Positions 7,718 to 13,440 of a stretch of DNA of 13,440 nucleotides are shown one piece after another. Below the pieces are notes generated by a model. It saw nothing but the letters and a program-made list of their open reading frames with translations. It did no database searches and had not been told where the DNA came from. The position numbers and the translations under genes are program-made. The first letter of the stretch is position 1, and each line of letters starts with the position of its first letter. The DNA comes from Planctomycetaceae bacterium (lineage in GTDB: Bacteria; Planctomycetota; Planctomycetia; Planctomycetales; Planctomycetaceae): the NCBI GenBank assembly GCA_040903115.1, contig JBBDVZ010000010.1:1-13440 (forward strand), in the 5' to 3' direction.

Positions 7718-9064
7718 TCAGGCGGCTTGTTTCAGCGGCTGATCGGGCAGGGCAGGGGACTTCTCGCCCGCTGCCGCACGACGATGCGCGGGCATTGTCA
7801 GAACCAAAAACGCCATCGCAACGGCGGCAAAAGTCAAGCAGTGATACGAGAGCAAGACGATGGTCAATTCCTTGCCGAAAACCGTTCGATGCGTCAAGAA
7901 GAAGGCGGCGGAGATGCCGGCGAGCACAATCAGCCGCTGTTTCGATTGTACTTTTCCCAAAAGCAGCGAGCGCGCCAAAAGCAGGACGGCCGGAATGAGC
8001 AACACGAGATGCTGTCGCCAACACAAGGGAGAGAGAATCGCGCAAAAGATACACGTGACCGCCCAGTTCGCAGCAATCGCTATGTCAGTGTCACCGGCTG
8101 TATACGGGCGTCGCATTTGCCAGGCGAGTGCCGCGCCCAGCAGGACGATGAGCACCTTCACGGCCAATTTCGCGCGTTCGGGTGACAAATTGCCGAATTG
8201 AAAAAACAGCGGGTGATCGATAAACAACGGATGTCCCGGCGGATACGTCTCGACGAGCCGCGCGAACGCGGCGGAAAGACCCACGTTTTGATGCTTGGGC
8301 AATTCGATGCCCGGCACCGAAGGATGTGCCTCCGGCGTATCACCGGCGATCGATTGCATGTGGGTGAACCAGTATTGATGGGCGGCGAGCGTTTTTTCCC
8401 ATCCCAGATAAGTCGCCGGCAGCAGGTTGAAAGCGACAATGAATAGCGCCATACAGCCGGCCGCCTTCCACTGCCGCTTCCATAAAAGAAAAGGAAGGAA
8501 CAACAGCGGCGTGGCTTTGTAGGTGGCGGCAGCCGCCAGCCAAAACCCGGTCGATGCCAAGCGCCCGCGCTGAAATGCGGCGACAGCCAGAGAGCACATC
8601 AAGAGCAAGAAAATCTGCAACCCGCATTCATCGAGGTCGCGGATGATGAATGGAACCAGCACAACCAGCGTCAACATCGAGGCTGCAAACATCCGCGCGC
8701 GCGAGGCGGGGTTGTGTTGGCCGTCGCTGGCCGACGCGATTTGCTCCCAAATGCGAAAGCACCAGATGAGCGCGCCAATGGCCAGCCCGTAGAAGACGGC
8801 GCGCGTCAAATGATAACCGCCCAGCGTGAAAACGACGTCGACCATTACCCGGCCCAGCGGATAGTAGTTTCCGGGGTTGGCATAGGGTTCACGTTGGAGA
8901 AAATGGTTTCCGTAATTGATGTGACAGAGCAAATCGCCGTCGCGGCGGAAGACGGCGTAGCAGCCTTGTACGACAATCGCCACGCCGATGACCGCCAGGG
9001 CCGTTCGCCGGAACCTGGGTCCGGTGTACCACGTCACCTCTACCTCGTCAGCGGTGTGCTCCAT
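7718..9064 (-). CDS. Polytopic membrane glycosyltransferase, GT-C fold (DUF2029 / GT87-like polyprenyl-phosphate-sugar-dependent mannosyltransferase-like)
   Basis: 448-aa ORF with ATG at 9064-9062. It has at least 10 predicted hydrophobic helices, an early acidic loop (IIRDLDECG), and Trp/Phe-rich segments (LFLPFLLWKRQWKAAGCMALFIVAFNLLPATYLGWEK). Its stop lies 12 nt upstream of the GT2 start, so the two are in the same operon. Pairing with a polyprenyl-P-sugar synthase is the classic arrangement for GT-C enzymes. Confidence 0.5.
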   Translation of the reverse strand: MEHTADEVEVTWYTGPRFRRTALAVIGVAIVVQGCYAVFRRDGDLLCHINYGNHFLQREPYANPGNYYPLGRVMVDVVFTLGGYHLTRAVFYGLAIGALIWCFRIWEQIASASDGQHNPASRARMFAASMLTLVVLVPFIIRDLDECGLQIFLLLMCSLAVAAFQRGRLASTGFWLAAAATYKATPLLFLPFLLWKRQWKAAGCMALFIVAFNLLPATYLGWEKTLAAHQYWFTHMQSIAGDTPEAHPSVPGIELPKHQNVGLSAAFARLVETYPPGHPLFIDHPLFFQFGNLSPERAKLAVKVLIVLLGAALAWQMRRPYTAGDTDIAIAANWAVTCIFCAILSPLCWRQHLVLLIPAVLLLARSLLLGKVQSKQRLIVLAGISAAFFLTHRTVFGKELTIVLLSYHCLTFAAVAMAFLVLTMPAHRRAAAGEKSPALPDQPLKQAA

Positions 9065-9120
9065 GCCGGCGGGATGCTACTACAGGCTTTGGCAGGCGGT
9101 CAAGCGGAACCAGCGAGGGA

Positions 9121-9268
9121 GGAAGCACGAAGCACGAATGACGAAGGAAATCCGAAGCACGAAGCACTAATGAAGAACCCGCGACGTGAGCGATTTCGTG
9201 CTTCGTGCTTTGGGCCTGCGGCGAGCTCAGCCGAGCGGCCTTCTTTCGACATTCGTGCTTCGTGCTTA
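9121..9268. repeat. Nested inverted repeats built from tandem heptamers: A (9123-9138) and B (9154-9167) contain AAGCACGAAGCAC; C (9195-9210) and D (9252-9267) contain the complement TTCGTGCTTCGTGCTT; the 26-bp core GGCCTGCGGCGAGCTCAGCCGAGCGG lies at 9212-9237 between C and D
   Basis: Seen directly. A and D form an 18-bp perfect inverted repeat (GAAGCACGAAGCACGAATG / CATTCGTGCTTCGTGCTT), and B and C about 13 bp. D overlaps the TAA stop (9266-9268) of the upstream transporter gene. The whole element lies 60-200 bp upstream of the GT-C start codon. Confidence 0.7.
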
Positions 9269-11227
9269 TCCGACAACAACCCGCGGCTGCCGCTCTGGAT
9301 TCGGTTCGGCCTTCAAGATCAGCTCGCGAACCATCCAGGGAACGTTGCCTTCGCCGAATAGCACGAAGCCGATATTCGCGGCCAGCGGCGTTTCGTCCGA
9401 CCAGCCGAAGTGAATCTCCGGCGGCGCGCCGACTTTGGAGAGCTCGAGCGCAACGGCGGCTATCGCGTGGGCAATGGAAGCACATTGGGCGACCCGCACC
9501 GTGATGCGGCCCTGGGTCTCGGTCACCTCCAGCACCGGCGATTGGTAGAACTCGCTGACGTCGCCTCGCTCGGCTTCAATGAACACCAGCGGAATATTCT
9601 CGTCCAGGTGATGCTCGGAGCGCATGCTGATCTCTTTGGCGCCCAACTCGCGGCGGCCCGGCCGGTGGGGAACAAGGATCGGAAACTCGATGTGCCGCAT
9701 GCTATCCCAGAGGAACCGCGATTGCTCGTCCTTGAACTGAAACCCGGTGATGCGCATCTCGGTGCTGCGCATCGTGCGCGAGACGAACGACGTCACGATG
9801 ATGGCGGCGATGAAGCAGCCCGCGATTTTCATCCCGGCGGGCTTCTCGATAATGATGGCAACCGTCGTGTATAGGAATACGAACGTAATCAGCGCGTATC
9901 CGAAGTGCAGGCGATTCCACCAGCGGCCTTGCCGCGCGCGCCAATCTTCGATCACGGTGGCCACGGCGGCACTCGACATGAGCACCATGACGCCTGTGGC
10001 ATATGCGTCTCCCTGAGCCGACACTTCGGCGTCGAAGATCCAGGTGACGAAAAGATTGATGGCCGTAAAGAGCAGCACCAGCGGTCGCACGGCCCGCGCC
10101 CATTCCGGTGCCATTCCGTAACGTGGCAAATACTGCGGCACGAGGTTCAGCAGCCCCGACATGGCACTGGCGCCCGCGAACCAGAGGATGACGACAGTCG
10201 ACACGTCGTAAGCCGTGCCGAACATATTGCCGAACAACGGGCTGATCTTGATCGGTCCCTCGCCGTGAGCGAGATACGCCAGGGCGCGGTTCGCCGCCAG
10301 ACCTTCGGTATGGTGCGCGACGGGATCGATCAGCGTTGCCGTCACGAGCGCCGATCCAAACAAAAGCGTCGACATGACGAGTGCCGCCGTCAACAACATG
10401 CGTCGGGCATCGCGAATCCTCGTGCTCAGTTGCTCTTCGGGCGTCGAACCCTCGCCGCGGATCAAGGGCATCACCGCGACGCCCGTTTCGAAACCGCTGA
10501 GCCCCAGGGCCAGCTTTGGAAAAAACAACAAGCACAACAGGATGATCGTCCCCACGCCGTGACCGGCCAATGGAACGTGTTCGATGTGCCAATTTCCGCT
10601 CGCGACGTTTTCATACCATGCCGTGAGTGTCGCAGGATGCGTCGCGAGATAGAACAAGGCGCTGCCGATCAGCACCAGGTTCAGCAGCAGGTACGCGCCG
10701 ACGATGATCACCGCCATCCCGATGACCTCTCGAAACCCGCGCATGAACGTCGCCCCGAGCACGACCAGCAGGAACATTGTTACGTTCATCTGGTTCTGGA
10801 GAGCGCGGGGGACATCTGCCCAAAAGGGGTTGTGCGTCAGGTGCTCGGCGGCATCCGCGGCCGACAGCGTCTTGGTGATCACAAAATCGGTCGCGGCAAA
10901 CCCGAGCAGAACGAGCACCAGCAACTTGCCGGACCAGCCGTGGACCAGCCGCTCGAGCATGGCGATCGAGCCTTGTCCATGTGGCGATGACCTCGCGACA
11001 TGGCGATAAACCGGTACGGCCCCCAAAAGCGTGACGAACACCAGAATCAGCGTCGCCAGCGGAGCGAGCAACCCCGTCGCTGCATAGGCGATTGAAGGCT
11101 GATACCCGAGCGTGCTGAAATAATCGACGCCCGTCAGACACATCACCCACAACCAAAAGGTCTGGTGATGCGGCTTCGTGGCGTGAAGGCCGTCGGGAAC
11201 GAGATTTCTCTCTGTGGAACTCTCCAA
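9266..11227 (-). CDS. APC-superfamily-like transporter (putative amino-acid/cation permease) with ~190-aa cytoplasmic C-terminal domain; annotated start is TTG
   Basis: 653-aa ORF with about 12 hydrophobic helices. A Gly-rich first helix (LTGVDYFSTLGYQPSIAYAATGLL) and a later SPLFGNMFGTAYDVSTVVILWFAGASAMSGLLNLVPQYLPRYGMAP segment resemble APC-fold permeases. A soluble C-terminal domain follows (residues ~470-653). The first codon is TTG at 11227-11225; the next in-frame ATG (11143) would begin inside a hydrophobic helix. Confidence 0.55.
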   Translation of the reverse strand: MESSTERNLVPDGLHATKPHHQTFWLWVMCLTGVDYFSTLGYQPSIAYAATGLLAPLATLILVFVTLLGAVPVYRHVARSSPHGQGSIAMLERLVHGWSGKLLVLVLLGFAATDFVITKTLSAADAAEHLTHNPFWADVPRALQNQMNVTMFLLVVLGATFMRGFREVIGMAVIIVGAYLLLNLVLIGSALFYLATHPATLTAWYENVASGNWHIEHVPLAGHGVGTIILLCLLFFPKLALGLSGFETGVAVMPLIRGEGSTPEEQLSTRIRDARRMLLTAALVMSTLLFGSALVTATLIDPVAHHTEGLAANRALAYLAHGEGPIKISPLFGNMFGTAYDVSTVVILWFAGASAMSGLLNLVPQYLPRYGMAPEWARAVRPLVLLFTAINLFVTWIFDAEVSAQGDAYATGVMVLMSSAAVATVIEDWRARQGRWWNRLHFGYALITFVFLYTTVAIIIEKPAGMKIAGCFIAAIIVTSFVSRTMRSTEMRITGFQFKDEQSRFLWDSMRHIEFPILVPHRPGRRELGAKEISMRSEHHLDENIPLVFIEAERGDVSEFYQSPVLEVTETQGRITVRVAQCASIAHAIAAVALELSKVGAPPEIHFGWSDETPLAANIGFVLFGEGNVPWMVRELILKAEPNPERQPRVVVG

Positions 11228-11242
11228 GGCGTCGTCCCAAGC

Positions 11243-13054
11243 TCACGCGGCTGCTTGCACGGACTGTGCTGGCGGCGTTCGATCTCCGCCCCAGCCGGTG
11301 ATGACTCTCACGGCTTCCACCAGCATCAGCAGCGCTAGGCCGACAAGAACCGCCGCCACCCACGGAACCGGGTTGCGCAGCGCGCCCGTATCGGCCAGCT
11401 CATCAAAATTCATGCGGCCGTCGATCCAAGGTTGCAAAGGCCGAATGATGAATTGAAGGAGCGCCCAACTACTCATCACATACATCCACACCATGGGAAT
11501 TCCGGTAACGAACCAAACCCAGGTTGCCCGCCGCGTGCGCCACAACCACACCGTCACTCCCAAAAGCGTGAGCGCCGCCAGCAACTGGTTGCTCGCGCCG
11601 AACAGCGACCAGAATGTCAACCAGACCGGCACGGGCTTGCCAGAGGAATCGAGCGTCGTCTGCGTCACGAAGAATAGAGGAACGCCGACCGTGAGTGCGG
11701 TGCCCAGCCACCGTCCGCGTCGATCGTGCCAGCCTGTCAGCTCTTGAACGATGTAGCGGCCCAATCGGGTGCACACGTCGAGCGTGTCGTAAACAAACGT
11801 CGTGAAGGCCATCAGCGCGAACGAAACACCGAGCGCGGCGGGGATATGCAACACTTGCAGAAAGCTGCCGATTCCCTGCGCGTAAATGAGGTTCGGCGAC
11901 GGCGAGCCGTTCGCGCTGGCTAGTTGCGAAGCACCCGGAGCCAGAACCATCACGCAACAAAGTGAAACGACCGCGACCATTCCTTCCAGCAGCATGGCGC
12001 CGTAACCAATCAGCCGCGCGTCGGTCTCGCGCCGAAGTTGCTTCGACGTCGTTCCCGATGCGATGAGAGCGTGAAATCCCGAGCACGCCCCGCAGGCAAT
12101 GGTGATAAAGAGAATCGGAAACAACGTGGCCCCGCCCGCGCTCGTCCAGCCGATAAAGGCCGGGTACTCGATCGGCTTGCCGCCGAAGATCAATCCCAAC
12201 GCGCCGCCGGCCAGCGCGACATAGAGAAAGTAGCCCCCCAAATGTCCGCGCGGCTGAAGCAGAATCCACATCGGCACCACCGAAGCGACAAAGCAATACG
12301 CCAACAGTGCGACGTCCCACACTTTGTGCGCCAGTTGATTTGCTTGGGCGTCCGACAGCGAGGGATTCCACGATTGCAAATACGCCTCGACGTCGAACGG
12401 CATGAGTTGACCGGACCAAATCGCCAGGCCGACCAGCGGCAAAAAAATCAGGGTCGCCCAACCGAGCGTCATCCGCGTGTACCGCAACAACAACCCCATG
12501 ATGATCGGCAGCGCGAGATACATCAGCGACGAGCTGGCGATGCCCGCCCCAGTCACCTCTTGCCCGTTTTCCAGCGCTTGACTCCCAATGAACGACGAGG
12601 CCGTGATGTCGGTGAATGCCACGATGATGTAAACCAACGCGAGCCACACAAACGTGAGAAACAACACGAACGACCGCTGGCTCATGTGGTCGCGGACGAC
12701 TTCTGCAATCGACCGTGCCTTGTGCCGGATCGATGCGACGAGTGCCGTGATGTCATGCACGCCGCCGATAAATATTGAACCGATGAGAATCCAAATCAGC
12801 GCCGGCAGCCAGCCGAACATCGCCCCGGCCAAAATCGGCCCGACAATCGGCCCGGCCGCCGCAATCGCCGAAAAGTGCTGGCTCAACAAGGCATTCGGCG
12901 CCAACGGCGAGTAATCGACGTCGTCACGCAGCTCGACCGAAGGCGTGCGCGCATCCCGATCGAGCCGCAATAGCCGCGCCAACACGCGGCCGTACGTCCA
13001 ATAAGCGGCCGACAAGCAAACGGCCGACAAAATGACGATCGAAAGCAGGCTCAT
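11243..13054 (-). CDS. cstA: Carbon starvation protein A family transporter (CstA; peptide/pyruvate uptake)
   Basis: Contains the diagnostic CstA motifs FITIACGACSGFHALIASGTTSKQL and GYGAMLLEGMVAVVSL, and at least 16 hydrophobic segments. The preferred start is ATG 13054-13052 (MSLLSIVILSAV...), preceded by GGAG 5 nt upstream. The longer ORF to 13234 adds 60 non-hydrophobic residues with no RBS. Confidence 0.85.
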   Translation of the reverse strand: MSLLSIVILSAVCLSAAYWTYGRVLARLLRLDRDARTPSVELRDDVDYSPLAPNALLSQHFSAIAAAGPIVGPILAGAMFGWLPALIWILIGSIFIGGVHDITALVASIRHKARSIAEVVRDHMSQRSFVLFLTFVWLALVYIIVAFTDITASSFIGSQALENGQEVTGAGIASSSLMYLALPIIMGLLLRYTRMTLGWATLIFLPLVGLAIWSGQLMPFDVEAYLQSWNPSLSDAQANQLAHKVWDVALLAYCFVASVVPMWILLQPRGHLGGYFLYVALAGGALGLIFGGKPIEYPAFIGWTSAGGATLFPILFITIACGACSGFHALIASGTTSKQLRRETDARLIGYGAMLLEGMVAVVSLCCVMVLAPGASQLASANGSPSPNLIYAQGIGSFLQVLHIPAALGVSFALMAFTTFVYDTLDVCTRLGRYIVQELTGWHDRRGRWLGTALTVGVPLFFVTQTTLDSSGKPVPVWLTFWSLFGASNQLLAALTLLGVTVWLWRTRRATWVWFVTGIPMVWMYVMSSWALLQFIIRPLQPWIDGRMNFDELADTGALRNPVPWVAAVLVGLALLMLVEAVRVITGWGGDRTPPAQSVQAAA

Positions 13055-13144
13055 TCCATCTCCGCTAACGGAGGAAATCGCCGGACGGTTCACACGGCGG
13101 CGATTATATCCGCAGCAACCGACATCTGCTACCGGCGTCAGATT

Positions 13145-13229
13145 GCGGGTGCCACGGGCATTTTGCCCGTGCTCTTTTCGATTGAGAACTCGCTCGCATC
13201 GGATGCCATCGTCCGAGCGCATTTTGCTC
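13145..13229 (+). repeat. Copy 1 of ~85-bp direct repeat in cstA upstream region; contains hairpin CACGGGCA-TT-TGCCCGTG (13153-13171) followed by CTCTTTTCG
   Basis: Seen directly. It is ~91% identical to 13314-13398, with 8 mismatches in 85. Confidence 0.7.
13153..13180 (+). terminator. Candidate intrinsic terminator (GC hairpin + T-run) on + strand, copy 1
   Basis: A 7-8-bp GC stem (CACGGGC/GCCCGTG) with a T-rich loop, followed by CTCTTTTCGATT. No + strand CDS lies upstream, so the terminated transcript, if any, would be a small non-coding RNA or antisense transcript. Confidence 0.3.
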
Positions 13230-13313
13230 AGCATTACCGTGTTGCATGCTTAGAAAATGCAAGCGACCGCATCAACTTCGAGAAACGCACTGGCGGGACG
13301 CCAGTGGCACCCG

Positions 13314-13398
13314 GCGGGTGCCACGGGCAGTTTGCCCGTGCTCTTTTCGATTGAGAACTCGCTCGCATTGGGTACCATCGACCGAGTTCATCTTGCTC
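13314..13398 (+). repeat. Copy 2 of ~85-bp direct repeat; preceded by two additional perfect hairpins (CACTGGCG-gga-CGCCAGTG 13288-13306; GCACCCG-g-CGGGTGC 13307-13321) and containing hairpin CACGGGC-AGTTT-GCCCGTG (13322-13340) + CTCTTTTCG
   Basis: Seen directly. Three back-to-back GC hairpins are followed by a T-run on the + strand. Confidence 0.7.
13322..13349 (+). terminator. Candidate intrinsic terminator (GC hairpin + T-run) on + strand, copy 2
   Basis: Same architecture as copy 1 (CACGGGCAGTTTGCCCGTG + CTCTTTTCGATT), immediately preceded by two further perfect hairpins. Confidence 0.3.
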
Positions 13399-13440
13399 GG
13401 GATCGCCGCGTGCCGGCTGCCACTGCTGAACCGTTTCGGT

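Noticed and set aside
9121-9268. Possible CRISPR array
   Set aside because: Only four 13-18-bp units. Two are in inverted orientation, the intervening segments have unequal lengths (15-40 bp), and no cas genes lie nearby. It is a palindromic repeat cluster, not a CRISPR array.
9702-10990. Long ORFs 9702-10592(-) and 9905-10990(+) overlapping the transporter gene
   Set aside because: They are Arg/His-rich alternative-frame translations of a high-GC coding region. The in-frame transporter ORF has coherent transmembrane-helix composition.
11469-12778. ORFs 11469-12647(-) and 12038-12778(+) inside cstA
   Set aside because: Alternative-frame artefacts. The cstA frame carries the diagnostic CstA motifs.
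13163-13354. 63-aa + strand ORF spanning the two direct repeats upstream of cstA
   Set aside because: It runs through hairpin/terminator-like sequence and begins within repeat copy 1. It has no RBS and is more plausibly non-coding.
1-13440. tRNA/rRNA/transposase scan
   Set aside because: No T-loop-like GGTTCGAATCC-type motifs or cloverleaf-sized candidates were found in intergenic regions. No transposase or integrase-like ORFs, and no terminal inverted repeats bounding a gene-sized segment.

Overview
High-GC bacterial chromosomal window, with gene content that looks Planctomycetes-like (inference). It holds 11 supportable protein-coding genes in four blocks:

- **Block 1 (+ strand, 4-843):** an HpcH/HpaI-family aldolase, followed by a perfect 22-bp palindromic hairpin at 845-866 that separates it from the convergent minus-strand cluster.
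- **Block 2 (- strand, 3824/4034 down to 888):** a HExxH zinc-metallopeptidase-like protein whose stop overlaps the start of a D-Ala-D-Ala-ligase-family ATP-grasp enzyme (ATGA overlap). After an 82-nt gap comes a sugar-phosphate isomerase/epimerase TIM-barrel protein.
- **Block 3 (+ strand, 4301-6714):** an NfeD-like (YqiJ-type) membrane protein and a flotillin-like SPFH protein, again with an ATGA overlap. This is a classic NfeD-flotillin operon.
- **Block 4 (- strand, 13054 down to 6734):** CstA carbon-starvation transporter, then an APC-like transporter with a large cytoplasmic C-terminal domain. An intergenic repeat region follows. Then a GT-C/DUF2029-like membrane glycosyltransferase and a GT2 polyprenyl-phosphate-sugar synthase-like glycosyltransferase.

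No rRNA, tRNA, CRISPR or transposase genes were recognisable.

The most unusual features are:

1. **A shared 26-bp core in two places.** GGCCTGCGGCGAGCTCAGCCGAGCGG occurs once inside the GT2 coding sequence and once in the 9065-9265 intergenic region, in opposite orientation on the + strand. Inside GT2 it sits in the loop of an 11-bp G/C-rich stem and maps onto an in-frame, low-complexity insertion of about 45 aa. In the intergenic region it lies between nested inverted tandem-heptamer repeats (GAAGCAC)2.
2. **An ~85-bp tandemly duplicated structured element** upstream of cstA. Each copy carries a GC hairpin plus T-run that looks like an intrinsic terminator on the + strand.
3. **The translationally coupled Ddl-like ATP-grasp ligase and HExxH metallopeptidase-like pair.** This is a candidate peptide or amino-acid ligation/processing module whose function I cannot assign.

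All calls rest on reading the provided translations and the DNA. No database search was run.
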